Positions 11,701 through 19,549 are shown, counted from the first letter of the stretch. The stretch: 64,000 nucleotides of DNA from Candidatus Oxydemutator sp. (GCA_965203445.1 OZ241883.1:224001-288000); one strand, 5' to 3'. Numbers and translations: made by a program. The notes: generated by a model from the sequence alone, not told the origin.

Positions 11701-14700
11701 CAGACCGACCGTGGTCGCCGCCACGCCGCTCGCCGTCGTCGAACCGTCGCCCGCCGGATCGGTGATCCGTATCATCGTGTCGCCGGCGACGGCCGTCGCG
11801 GTAACCCGCAGGCTGGTTACGATATTGGCTACATTCACCGTGTAGGCGGCCTGTGTGCCGCGGAAGTTCAAGGTGCCCGCGGAAACCATCAAGTCCGCAA
11901 GGCGCCCGCGGCTCTTCGACACCGCAACGGTGTATTCTTTCTCGCTCCCGTCCTGGGCCGTTACCGTGATCGTCAGCGTCGTCGCACCGACCGGCAGCAG
12001 CGACAATGCGGTGCCGACGCCCGCTCCACCGTCCGCGTCCGCCCACGAGTAGTCCAGCGTCGCCGCAAAACCGGCGGTCGTCGCAAGCACCGTGACCTGA
12101 TCGACCGAAAGCTGCTCGACGGTCAACTCGTAGGCCAAGGTGTCGGCGTCGAACGTGCCGATGGACAACTCGCCGACCCCGGCCGCCGATACGCGCAGAC
12201 TCTGCAAGTCGGCGTTCGACGACAACGCTCTGTCCACCGTGATCCGGTACGCCTGCATCGCCATGCCGTCCTCGGCCGTCACCCGGATATTGATCGCGGT
12301 TTCCACGCCCGCCACAAGATTCACCTGATGGCCGGGAACGCCCGCGTCGGCGTCGTCGGGGGTTATGGTCACGTCAGCGCCAGCGTGGCGAGCAACCGCG
12401 GTAACCGTCACGACGCTCGCCGCGAACGGCACCGAAATGGCATGCTCCGTCGTGTCGCCGGCAAGGTCGAATCGAGTCACGCCGACCCCTGAGGAAACCC
12501 CCAGCTCCGCCAAGTCCGCGTCCGACGACGCCGCTTCCCGCATAGCCTTGATTTCGTATCTCTTCCTCGTGGTGCCGTCCTCGGCCGTAACCCGGATCGT
12601 GATGGTGGTCGTCGCGCCCGCCCTGAGATTCACTTGCTGATTCACTCGGTGGCCGTCGGCGTCAACGGCGGCGTCGGCCGGAGCTACGACGCTCAACCTG
12701 GCTCTGCGGTCGCGGGCGACCGCGGTAACCGTAACGATGCCCACCGGAAACGGCACGAGAACGGTGTGCTGCGTCGCCGCGGCAAGATCGAACCGTTGCA
12801 TCACGCCGCTGTCCGTGGAAACTCCCAACTCCGCCAAGTCCGCGTCCGACGACACCGGGCGCGTTACCGTGATGACGTAGGCCTTCTCCGTTACTCCGTC
12901 CTGCGCCGTTACCGTGGCCGTGATGACGTTCGCGCCGGGCGCAAGATCCACCGTCTCACCCGGCTCTATGCGCACCGTGGCATTGGCATCATTGGCGGTC
13001 GCCGACACCGCCAAACGCGACACCGAGGAGTCCGCGGTGGCTGTATAGGCCGTGGTCGCGCTGCTGAAAGCCGGTACCAGTTCTCCCGGCGATATGCCCA
13101 ACGCCGACAGGTTGGCGTCGGAACTGCCGGCGCGGATTACGTCCACGAAGTATCTTCTGTCAGTAGGATTGCGATGGCCACTACTCACGTCTATTCGCAG
13201 GTTCCTCGTCCCCACCTGCAGATTATCAACGGTCTGATCATGGCTCGAGAATAAGCCACCAAAATGGGAACCGAACGGGAGGCTAGGACTTCCTTCTGTG
13301 ACATCGTAAAAGTAAACGCTATCATAGAGGGTGCTACTCGGAATGGGCCTTGCCGTGATCCTGAACTGGACGCTTGTCACCCGGTGCGGCACGCGCACCG
13401 TGTATGGGTCTTCCCTGCTCCCGAAGCGGTCGCCGGCAAACGGCGGCACCAGCACGTACCCCTGCACGCTCAAATCGGCCAAACGCCCACGGCCAGCCTG
13501 AGCGCGCACGACGTCGACGGTGTAGGTGCCGTTCGTGCCGTCGCTCCCCGTGGCCGTGATCTCCACCCTGTTGGAACCGGGACGCAAACCGCCGGGCAGG
13601 CCGATGATTGTCGTCGCCTCGGCGCCCGCCGTTATCGTACCGTCGCCCGCCGGATCGGTGATCCGTATCATCGTGTCGCCGACGACGGCCGTCGCGGTAA
13701 CCCGCAGGCTGGTTACGATATTGGCTACATTCACCGTGTAGCCGGCCTGCGTGCCGCGGAAGTTCAAAGTGCCCTCGGAAACCATCAAGTCCGCAAGGCG
13801 CCCGCGGCTCTTCGACACCGCAACGGTGTATTCTTTCTCGCTCCCGTCCTGGGCCGTCACCGTGATCGTCAGCGTCGTCGCACCGACCGGCAACAGCGTC
13901 AGTTCGGTGCCGACGCCCGAACCACCGTCCGCGTCCGTCCACGAGTAGTCTAACGTCGCCGCATAACCGGCGGTCGTCGCAAACACCGTGACCTGCTCGA
14001 CCGACAGCTGCTCGACGAACAACTCGTAGGCCAACGTGTCGGCGTCGAACGTGCCGATGGACAACTCGCCGACCTCGGTCGCCGACACGCGCAGACTCTG
14101 CAAGTCGGCGTTCGACGACAACGGTCTGTCCACCGTGATCCGGTACGCCTGCGTCGTCACGCCGTCCTCGGCCGTAACCCGGATATTGATCGTGGTTTCC
14201 GCGCCCGCCCCAAGAGCCACCTGGTGGCCGGGAACGTCGCGGTCGCCGTCGGCGGGAGTTATGATCACGTCGGCACCACCGCGGCGGGCGACCGCGGTAA
14301 CCGTCACGACGCTTGCCGCGAACGGCACCGAAACGGTATGCCTCGTCGTCGTGCCGGCGACGTCAAACGATCGGTTCACGCCGTTTCCAAACACGCGCAA
14401 CTCGCGCAACTTCGCGTCGGACGACGGCGCCTCCCGCATAGCCTTGATTTCGTATCTCTTCCTCGTGGTGCCGTCTTCGGCCGTAACCGTGACGGTGATG
14501 GTGATGGTCTCACCCGCCGGAACATTCACCCGGTAGCCGGAAGCGTCGCCGGCGGCGACGGCGGCGTCCGAAGTTACGTTCAGCCCGGCTCTGTCGTCGC
14601 GGGCGACCGCGGTAACCGTAACGACGCCCACCGTGAACGGCACGACAATGGAGTGCTTTGTGGTCGCGGCAAGATCAAATCGTTGCATCACGCCGACTCC

Positions 14701-17700
14701 CGAGGAAACGCTCAACTCGGCCAGATCCGCGTCCGACGACGCTTGCCGCGTTACCGTGATGACGTAGGCCCTCTCTGTATCCCCGTCCTGCGCCGTTACC
14801 GTGGCCGTGATCACGTTCGCACCAAGCGCAAGATCCACCGTCTCGCCCGGTTGGATATCCACCGTGGCACGGCTATCCGCGGCCGTCGCCGACACCGTCA
14901 AACTTCTCACCGAAGCATCAACGGTGGCGGTGTACATCGTGCGCGCGAGGTTGAAAGTCTGCGCCAAGGTCCCCGGCGAAATGCTCAAATCCGACAGGTT
15001 GGCGTTATTCGAGGGAGCTCGGGTTACGTCCACGTAGTAGGCCCGAGCTTGCTTGATTACCACGACTTCCCTCGTCATTCCAGTCATCGGCAAGGTCACA
15101 TTCCTTGAATGGAAGGCGTTAATGGCAGTACTTCGATCACCATCAATGGTTATGGTCATAAATCCCTGCCGTTGAGATTCAGCAGCTGCCACCGTTTGTA
15201 CAATGTTCCTATCCAGGAGGACGGTATACCTGCGATTACTCCCATACCAGTCGGCGGCGAACGGCGGTTCCAGCCGCCCCGGGGAAAAAGTCAGTTCATA
15301 CACGAAACGCGCGTTAGAGGGGTCGGCGCGCACGGCGTTGATGGTGTAATCGCTCGACTGACCGCCGCTCGCCGTTACCGTGATAAAGAAGCTGTTGACG
15401 TTGTCCATGGCATTGCGGACACCCGCAAGCCTGTCGCGTGAACGACGGTGAAAGCCATCGGGCAAACCGACGGTGGTGGCCACAACGTCTCCGCCCGAGA
15501 TGAAACCTTGCGTCCCCGGCACGTCGGTGATCGTGATCGTCGCGTTTCTTTCGAGGGCCGTCGCGGTAACCCGCAGATGGGTCACCACCTCGCCGAAGTT
15601 CAAATCGTACGTAGTTACCGCGTTGGCGAAGTTGAAACCAATGTTGCGGGAAGGCGTCAGATTATCAACGATCATCAAATTCGCCAGATGCGACGCACTC
15701 TTCTCGACCGTTACGACGTAGGTCTTGCTCGCCTGCGCGTTATGCGCGGTAACCACGACCGTGTTCGTAATCAGGCTGCCCGTACCGAAGCGTGCTTCTC
15801 CCGTGCCCGATTCGCCCGCGTCGTTGTTCCACGAGATGACCCTGGTCGCGCTGACGTAGTCGGTCTGCGCGGTGACCGTAACCCCGGTGGTGTCCTGGGA
15901 GACGTACGCGTCGTATCTCACGTTCTCGGGGGTAAATCTGACCAATGGCAAGGGCCCGACGCCGGGCGCCGATACGCGCAAACTGCGCAGGTTCGCATTG
16001 GCGGACAGGTCGCGGGTCGCGGTTATGCTATAGGTTCTTAAGGTCTCGCGGTCTTCGGCCGTAACCGTAATACGGATAACGCGGGGAACGCCCGGAACAA
16101 GCATCACCTGGTGGCCGGCGACGCCGCCGTTTTCGTCGTCCGGCGTTATCGTGAGCGACGCGTAGACGTCAGCGTCGGTACGCGCCACCACCGTAACGAC
16201 GTCGGCCGTGAACGGTACCCTGATAGCGTGCCGCGTTACGGCGACGGCAAGCGACTGATTCAGACCGGCCCCCGAAAGGCGCAACTCGCTCAACTGCACA
16301 ACGTCCGACGGCGCCTCGCGCGTGATTGTCAGCCGGTATTGCAGCCGGCTGCCGTCCGAACCGATGGCCGCGATATGGACCACGGTCTCGGTGTTTTCAC
16401 CAAGCTCCACCTGGTGGCCGTCGGTGCCGGGATGCGCGTCGCGCGGCATTATCTCAGGCGGCGGATTGCCTTGTTGGAGATCCGTCTCCACCGTCACAAC
16501 GCTCGCCCGGTGCGGCACCGTGACGGCGTGCTCGGTCGCGCCGATGGCAACGTCAAACGACTCGGTCACTCGCACGTCGCCGTCGTCCCACGCAATGCCC
16601 AAACCGGTCAGTTGCGCGGCCAGCGGCACGTTTCGCGTTATCGTGACGACGTATTCCCGCGTCGTGTAATCCTCGGCCTCGACCGTGATCGTTACCTGGG
16701 TGCTGGCGCCGGGGCTTAACGGCGACACCTGATGACCGGCGCGCACCCCATCGGCGTCGCCCGCCGCCGAGCGGATGACCGGGGGGTAGCGCCCGTCGGC
16801 GGCTGCCGCGGACACGGTAACGCTGTCCACGTCAACGACGGCAACCGAGTATTGCGTGGTCGCAGCGCTGAAGGAAGGAACCAGGAAGCCCGGCGTCACG
16901 GTCAGGCTGGCTAAGCGGTTCTCGCTGGAGGCGCGCGGCTGAATCGCAAATTGGCGGGCGGTGTCCACGACGACGCCCGACGACCCGTAGCGCAGCACCG
17001 GATACTGGGTGCGGTCGCCGAAATCCCACGGATAGTCGCCGCCGGCAACGCCGTTCAGATCGAGGTTCCAGCCGCTGTAAATGCCGGTGTAGGTGGTCGG
17101 CGCGCGCAGTTGTCTGCCGGTCTGGGCGACGCCGCCGTTCACGTCTAAGAAACCAAAGCCCACACCGCTTGATTGGCCCGTGGCTTCGCGGTCCCAGTAA
17201 CTGTTTGAGATGATTCTGTTGCTGTTGTTTTGTCCCGTACCGGAAGTTCCCACCAAGCCACCCCGTCGAGCACCCGCACCCACCGGGCCGGCCGCATAAC
17301 TGGCGGAAATAGTTATATAGCTAAATATACTACCCACCAGACCACCATGATAGTTGTTGTTTCCACCGCCGACACCGACAGAAGCTATCGCGTAACTGTT
17401 TCTGATCAGGAGAGGGGCTTGTACATTAGAGAGTACTGAGCCTATCAAGCCCCCGACACCTCTCGAGGAGCCTGCTCCTCCTTGGCTTCGGACGGAACCG
17501 GTAACGTAACAAGCAGAGAGGATCGAAACACTGCCACCTGCACTAGCACCTTGGGCAAAGGCTGACATAATCCCCCCCGCCCTTATTGATCCCATCACGT
17601 CCACGTTGACCAGACCGACTCCTTCCACGACGATTCCATTCCTAGTATCGTTTGCGATGCCTGCGAACAAACCGACGTTCTCAGTCGGACGATTGATGTA

Positions 17701-18183
17701 CATGTTGGAAATAGTGTGGCCGTTGCCGCGGAAGTTTGTTCGAAACAGCCTGTCAATGACTAGGGAATTACCAGTATCGCCGATCGGAGCCCAACCCTCG
17801 GTGCTGCTCGCCTTGCTCCAGCGCGACCCGGCGAAGTCCAGGTCGGCCGTCAGTTCGTAGCCGATGCAGTTGCCCGCCGGGCAGCCCATGTGCGGGGTAC
17901 TTTGCGGGTTGGGAAAAGCCCGCGCGTAGTTCTGGTTGTCTGCGCCGTTGTCGGCCCGCCCGTCGCCGTCCAGGTCGTAGCGTACCGCGTTCAGCTTCTC
18001 CAGGCTGTCTATATCAATCAGACCGTCTTCGTCCGCGTCGTACTTGCCCGCCTGCTGAGCATGCACCGCCGTCCCGACCAGCGATGCGACCAGCACCGCA
18101 CAAGCCAGCGAGAAAGGCAAACCGAAGTGGGCCGACGCGCGCGCGCGCCTCGCGCCGTTTATACGGTCAACAACGGTGAACAT
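2746..18183 (-). CDS. Giant secreted adhesin (~5,145 aa): signal peptide, GLUG-like N-terminal domain, dozens of cadherin-like beta-sandwich repeats, C-terminal Ca-binding/dockerin-like domain
   Basis: ORF 2746..18357; preferred ATG at 18183 has GGAG upstream and a signal-like stretch (LACAVLVASLVGTAVHAQQ). Repeats of the type SSDANLSALALS...VTAQDG...YVITVTRA. GGLIG/GGLVG motifs near the N-terminus; GDVDRDNDID and ADLDFDGEV at the C-terminus. Confidence 0.9.
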   Translation of the reverse strand: MFTVVDRINGARRARASAHFGLPFSLACAVLVASLVGTAVHAQQAGKYDADEDGLIDIDSLEKLNAVRYDLDGDGRADNGADNQNYARAFPNPQSTPHMGCPAGNCIGYELTADLDFAGSRWSKASSTEGWAPIGDTGNSLVIDRLFRTNFRGNGHTISNMYINRPTENVGLFAGIANDTRNGIVVEGVGLVNVDVMGSIRAGGIMSAFAQGASAGGSVSILSACYVTGSVRSQGGAGSSRGVGGLIGSVLSNVQAPLLIRNSYAIASVGVGGGNNNYHGGLVGSIFSYITISASYAAGPVGAGARRGGLVGTSGTGQNNSNRIISNSYWDREATGQSSGVGFGFLDVNGGVAQTGRQLRAPTTYTGIYSGWNLDLNGVAGGDYPWDFGDRTQYPVLRYGSSGVVVDTARQFAIQPRASSENRLASLTVTPGFLVPSFSAATTQYSVAVVDVDSVTVSAAAADGRYPPVIRSAAGDADGVRAGHQVSPLSPGASTQVTITVEAEDYTTREYVVTITRNVPLAAQLTGLGIAWDDGDVRVTESFDVAIGATEHAVTVPHRASVVTVETDLQQGNPPPEIMPRDAHPGTDGHQVELGENTETVVHIAAIGSDGSRLQYRLTITREAPSDVVQLSELRLSGAGLNQSLAVAVTRHAIRVPFTADVVTVVARTDADVYASLTITPDDENGGVAGHQVMLVPGVPRVIRITVTAEDRETLRTYSITATRDLSANANLRSLRVSAPGVGPLPLVRFTPENVRYDAYVSQDTTGVTVTAQTDYVSATRVISWNNDAGESGTGEARFGTGSLITNTVVVTAHNAQASKTYVVTVEKSASHLANLMIVDNLTPSRNIGFNFANAVTTYDLNFGEVVTHLRVTATALERNATITITDVPGTQGFISGGDVVATTVGLPDGFHRRSRDRLAGVRNAMDNVNSFFITVTASGGQSSDYTINAVRADPSNARFVYELTFSPGRLEPPFAADWYGSNRRYTVLLDRNIVQTVAAAESQRQGFMTITIDGDRSTAINAFHSRNVTLPMTGMTREVVVIKQARAYYVDVTRAPSNNANLSDLSISPGTLAQTFNLARTMYTATVDASVRSLTVSATAADSRATVDIQPGETVDLALGANVITATVTAQDGDTERAYVITVTRQASSDADLAELSVSSGVGVMQRFDLAATTKHSIVVPFTVGVVTVTAVARDDRAGLNVTSDAAVAAGDASGYRVNVPAGETITITVTVTAEDGTTRKRYEIKAMREAPSSDAKLRELRVFGNGVNRSFDVAGTTTRHTVSVPFAASVVTVTAVARRGGADVIITPADGDRDVPGHQVALGAGAETTINIRVTAEDGVTTQAYRITVDRPLSSNADLQSLRVSATEVGELSIGTFDADTLAYELFVEQLSVEQVTVFATTAGYAATLDYSWTDADGGSGVGTELTLLPVGATTLTITVTAQDGSEKEYTVAVSKSRGRLADLMVSEGTLNFRGTQAGYTVNVANIVTSLRVTATAVVGDTMIRITDPAGDGTITAGAEATTIIGLPGGLRPGSNRVEITATGSDGTNGTYTVDVVRAQAGRGRLADLSVQGYVLVPPFAGDRFGSREDPYTVRVPHRVTSVQFRITARPIPSSTLYDSVYFYDVTEGSPSLPFGSHFGGLFSSHDQTVDNLQVGTRNLRIDVSSGHRNPTDRRYFVDVIRAGSSDANLSALGISPGELVPAFSSATTAYTATADSSVSRLAVSATANDANATVRIEPGETVDLAPGANVITATVTAQDGVTEKAYVITVTRPVSSDADLAELGVSTDSGVMQRFDLAAATQHTVLVPFPVGIVTVTAVARDRRARLSVVAPADAAVDADGHRVNQQVNLRAGATTTITIRVTAEDGTTRKRYEIKAMREAASSDADLAELGVSSGVGVTRFDLAGDTTEHAISVPFAASVVTVTAVARHAGADVTITPDDADAGVPGHQVNLVAGVETAINIRVTAEDGMAMQAYRITVDRALSSNADLQSLRVSAAGVGELSIGTFDADTLAYELTVEQLSVDQVTVLATTAGFAATLDYSWADADGGAGVGTALSLLPVGATTLTITVTAQDGSEKEYTVAVSKSRGRLADLMVSAGTLNFRGTQAAYTVNVANIVTSLRVTATAVAGDTMIRITDPAGDGSTTASGVAATTVGLPDGLRLGANAVGIVATGSDGTQQAYTVNVTRGRASPSRYIATMRVSEGTLTPPFATDRHGAGNLYTVRVPHRVTSIRFMTVQDQRTARNYSQLYYYDVTGGGNALLGGHGTGSTREYNQDVTLRAGATRSLRIDNDVGGFQRNYYVDVIRAGSPAASLSALGVSPGELEPAFSSTTLVYRVNVTDTVASVVVTPMADDGDATVEIDGVAVARGAGRSISIGRGLSVTVAIEVTASDGVTTNGYTVVVTRDDLTVGLESLSVTPGTLVPEFDGQTLGYTVEVPYEVTQVTVSGAPRGRAEVTVSDVERTYDNESFADGTQNLTPGETTRTTITVTRDVGETEYSRTYTVEITRVAPSSDANLSALALSGGVVLEPAFSSAVTAYSANVVEEVSSLMIAATASHAGASVEIEPGETVELSVGENVVTATVTAQDGVTSKAYVVTVTRLASSDANLSALALSDGAVLDPAFSSATLAYSANTTDTVASVVVTPMANAGDATVEIDGMAVARGAGRSISIGRGLSVTVAIVVTAPDGVTTKGYTVVITRDDLTVGLESLSVTPGTLVPEFDGQTLGYTVEVPYEVARVTVNGTPRDRAEVTVSDVERTYDNESFADETQNLTPGETTRTTITVTRTVGGTEYSRTYTVEITRVVASSDANLSALALSGGVVLDPTFSSAVTAYSANVGAEVRSLMIAATASHAGAQVEIEPGETVELGVGAHVVTATVTAQDGMTSKAYVVTVTRAASSDAELSELGISSEVGVVRLFDLAGGMTTRHTVVVPFAAAVVTVTAVVRDGSADVAITPTDADRDLAGHQVNLTAGVETEVNIMVTAEDGVTRKAYQITVERLRSSNADLRSLRVSSVEEGEYDIGEFDADRLSYGTLVGLPSVERVTVSATAAGVGATLDFSWVDTNGVMGSGTEISLPRVGATTLTITVTAMDGTDKAYTVTMSKRRDYLAGLMVSAGVLNFDPVQANYTLNVVETVTSLRVTATAVAADTLIRITDPVGDGSITASGGAATIIGLPGGLRHGSNRVEIALTGSDGTRNTYVVNVVRAAVGFGFLGRLSTLDVSQGHLVPPFASGRLGSENRYVVRVPNQVTSVRVTMGLNPDTEGGVAYDGIRFYQGDTLLLSRPRSFAPGSNRVTQDVGDLPVGTTSVRIAVGNTNHDVDRSTIGSYYVDIIRAEPSSDADLSALGISPGSLSESFYSTRTSYTATVGVSVFRIAVVATARDVNATVRIEPSEMVELAPGANVITATVTAQNGVTSKAYVITVTRSVSSDAELSELGISSGDGVVRLFELAGGVTRHTITAAPAAAVVTVTAVARHGGADVTITPDDADGAVPGHQVSLTAGEETEVNIAVTAEDGATRRAYRITLDRPLPSNADLRSLRVSATEVGEFAIGEFDADTLSYRLIVEPLSVDEVTVFAAPADSAATLDYSWVNVRNAAGSGAEISLLPVGVTTLTVTVTAQDGTMKAYTVAVSKSRARLSGLRVSVGLLRFRATRADYTLNVAETVASVRVGATAIARDTTIRIIDPVGDGSTTATAEATTIVGLPDGLAHGSNRVEVVVTGSDGTSNTYVVNIIRAVSSNANLSALALSGGVVLDPAFSSAVTAYSANVGEEVSSVMVAATASHASARVEIEPGELVELSVGENAVTATVTAQDGTTRQAYVITVTRAASSEAGLSELGVSGVGVSRMFDLAGGVTEHAIRVQPAVGVVTVTAVSIDARATVAITPADADDDVPGHQVSLVEGGVTTIGVTVTAEDETTQAYRIVVDRSAVLSSDATLSALALSGGGVLDPAFSSATFVYSASVTDTVASVEVTPMANDGDATVEIDGVAVAGGAGRSISIGRGLSATVAIVVTAPDGVTTNGYTVVVTRDDLTVGLESLSVTPGTLVPEFDGQTLGYTVEVPYEVTRVTVSGTPRGRAEVTASSVKRTYDNESFADETQNLTPGETTRTTITVTRTVGETEYSRTYTVEITRDAASSDANLSALALSGGVVLEPAFSSVTTTYSASVGAEVSSLMVAATASHAGASVEIEPGELVELEVGANAVTATVTAQDGTTRKAYVITVTRAASSDANLSDLALSDGIVLDPAFSSAVTAYSASVGAEVSSLMVAATASHAGASVEIEPGELVELSVGENAVTATVTAEDGTTRKAYVITVTRAASSDANLSALALSGGVVLDPAFSSAVTAYSASVGAEVSSLMVAATASHAGAQVEIEPGELVELSVGANAVTATVTAQDGTTRKAYVITVTRAASSDANLSDLALSGGIVLDPTFSSAVTAYSANVGAEVSSVMVAATASHAGAQVEIEPGETVELEVGANAVTATVTAEDGMTRKAYVITVTRAASSDANLSALALSDGIVLDPTFSSAVTAYSANVGAEVSSVMVAATASHAGAQVEIEPGELVELSVGANAVTATVTAQDGTTRKAYVITVTRAASSDANLSALALSDGVVLDPTFSSAVTAYSASVGAEVSSVMVAATASHAGAQVEIEPGETVELEVGANAVTATVTAQDGTTRKAYVITVTRAGSSDATLSSLALSGGVVLEPAFNSATFAYRASVTDTVARVEVTPVANDGNATITVDDATLGRGASHSLTLVRGAVTSVTFVVTAQDGVTTRGYTVGVARDDLTVGLESLSLSAGTLTPAFDGLTLDYTVEVSPDVARVTVSGTPRGSAEVTVSDVTRTHGARFDRETQDLTPGETTRATITVTRTVRGTEYFRTYTVEIMRASQYTVQVGVFLQGAYDGGRMSTDLIRRLPASQPYGAAPWNAPSVTAPGLSAGDFGLAAVTDTVVDWVLVELRKTARGARAASATVSQARAAALLLSDGTVAGVDGDRLRTEGVDFTLDIDDASEDLWVLVHHRNHLSVMATATSTGCAGADYCFDFRSRQSHPSRQAVLAGGRYAMFAGDVDRDNDIDADDEAVIRTRNLAIIGAGGYGMNADLDFDGEVLSADRYYIILNTNGSAAPACAICAVRQP
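4085..5750 (-). repeat. Six near-identical tandem 276-bp (92-aa) units inside the adhesin
   Basis: Marker GCATCCGACGAC recurs at 4085, 4361, 4637, 4913, 5189, 5465 and 5741 (exact 276-nt period). Confidence 0.95.
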
Positions 18184-18293
18184 TTTCTCCAGCAAAACAC
18201 AGTCGGGCCTTCTTTGCGACCACCCCCGTCGCTGTGCCACCATATGGAACGCCCTCGGCAAGGACAAACACGAATGATCGGGGGAAGTAAAGG

Positions 18294-18389
18294 GGGCGCA
18301 GTATACCCCTTTCCGGCCCCCGCTGCAAACGCGCAAGATGATGCAGGAAAGAGACACGTATTTGGGCGCAGTATACCCCTTTCCGGCCC
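18294..18389 (-). promoter_or_regulatory. Duplicated 26-bp element containing a TATACT -10-like box upstream of the adhesin
   Basis: GGGCGCAGTATACCCCTTTCCGGCCC occurs exactly at 18294-18319 and 18364-18389; the minus strand reads ...AAAGGGG-TATACT-GCGCCC. Confidence 0.6.
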
Positions 18390-18420
18390 TATACAGGGAA
18401 CGTCATTTCGTCGGAAAAAG

Positions 18421-18470
18421 TCGTTCGTCGGCCATATGCTACCGTTGGTCCGATGATTCATGCTATGCTC
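18421..18470 (+). promoter_or_regulatory. Conserved upstream motif, copy A (TTCGTCGGCCA...)
   Basis: TCGTTCGTCGGCCATATGCTACCGTTGGTC; the motif begins 96 nt before the ATG at 18520, with TATGCT 40 nt after the motif start. Confidence 0.65.
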
Positions 18471-18519
18471 CGGGAGGCGCGTTACAACGCCCCTCTTTCA
18501 ACCGGAAGGAGGAGCGGAA

Positions 18520-19041
18520 ATGCCCCACACAACAAGCGTGATAGACAGTGTCCATACCCTGGAGCGCACCGACATGAGCCGGAAGCAGGCCGAGGCCCTG
18601 ATACAACTGCTGCGCGATTCGATTGCCGAGGCCGTCCAGCATCTGGCGACCAAGGCCGAAGTCGAAGCGCAACTCCTGGCGATCAGGGCCGAATTCGACG
18701 CGCAATTTCTGGCGATCAAGGCCGAATTGGCCGAGCTCAGGCAGCACATGGCGACCCATATGGCGACCAAGGCCGAACTGGCCGCACTGGAGGCACAGGT
18801 CATGGAAATCAAGGCCGAGTTGGTCGAACTCAGGCAGAATATGGTGACCAGGTCCGAACTGGCCGCACTGGAGGCGCGGGTCATGGCCCATACCGACGCG
18901 CAGATAGCGCTTCTCAGAGGTGAGATCAACGAGAAGATGGCCACGAACCTGAAATATACAGTGCTTACCATAGGCTTTTCGACGGTCGCCATTATCGTGG
19001 CCATTTTCACGGCGCTTTTTGCCATGCCCACCGGCATCTGA
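18520..19041 (+). CDS. Coiled-coil protein with C-terminal membrane anchor (DUF1640/CCDC90-like), copy A
   Basis: SD GGAGG precedes the ATG. SRKQAEAL...LATKAEV and repeated ATKAELAALEA segments; hydrophobic C-terminus (TVLTIGFSTVAIIVAIFTALF). Confidence 0.8.
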   Translation: MPHTTSVIDSVHTLERTDMSRKQAEALIQLLRDSIAEAVQHLATKAEVEAQLLAIRAEFDAQFLAIKAELAELRQHMATHMATKAELAALEAQVMEIKAELVELRQNMVTRSELAALEARVMAHTDAQIALLRGEINEKMATNLKYTVLTIGFSTVAIIVAIFTALFAMPTGI

Positions 19042-19048
19042 AGACAAA

Positions 19049-19215
19049 GGATAGCCGCAGCCCACAAACCCTCCCTCTCCGGGAGAGGATAGCCGCAGCC
19101 CACAAACCAAACCCTCTCCCCCTAGGAGAGGGTGGCCAAGGAAGACTGGCCGAAGGCCGGGTGAGGGTGCCAGGTTCTGCAACAACCTTCAACAACCCTC
19201 TCCCAGAGGGAGAAG
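19049..19215. repeat. Cluster of CCCTCTCCC-N-GGGAGAGG hairpins with a 22-bp direct repeat
   Basis: GGATAGCCGCAGCCCACAAACC occurs twice (19049, 19087), with three CTCTCC...GGAGA palindromes. Confidence 0.75.
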
Positions 19216-19549
19216 TCCTTGGTCGGGAACGCCGTGGGGGCATTCCCTTACTGATGTATAAGGCCGGCAAGGTCAACGGGGCGCCCCGCCGCCCCGGGGC
19301 GTGCCCCGCCCAGGCGCGCTGGGACCCCCGTCACCAGGCCAGATCTGAGAAAACCGCCCCCATACTGCCGCCTGCGCCGGCAATAATAGCGACGACGGCC
19401 ACAAACACCTTCGTCCGCCCAGTCCGGCGATCATGGACGCGAACCAGAGTACAGCGACGAATCCCCGAAAGCCGCTCAGCACGGGGGGGGGGCGATGGAG
19501 ACCGGGGGGTCGGTTATAATTTGGGACTCCCGCCCCACCCCGAAAATTG

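Noticed and set aside
3007-12492. Very long + strand ORFs (1604 aa, 981 aa) and other long Arg/Ala-rich ORFs across the window
   Set aside because: Antisense or off-frame shadows of real genes in high-GC, repetitive DNA; no recognisable motifs.
8150-17780. Diversity-generating retroelement acting on the adhesin
   Set aside because: No reverse transcriptase or template/variable repeat pair differing only at adenines was seen.
18424-18470. Shared motif as a sigma54 promoter, LexA box or dif site
   Set aside because: No GG-N10-GC spacing, no CTGT-N8-ACAG and no resemblance to the dif consensus.
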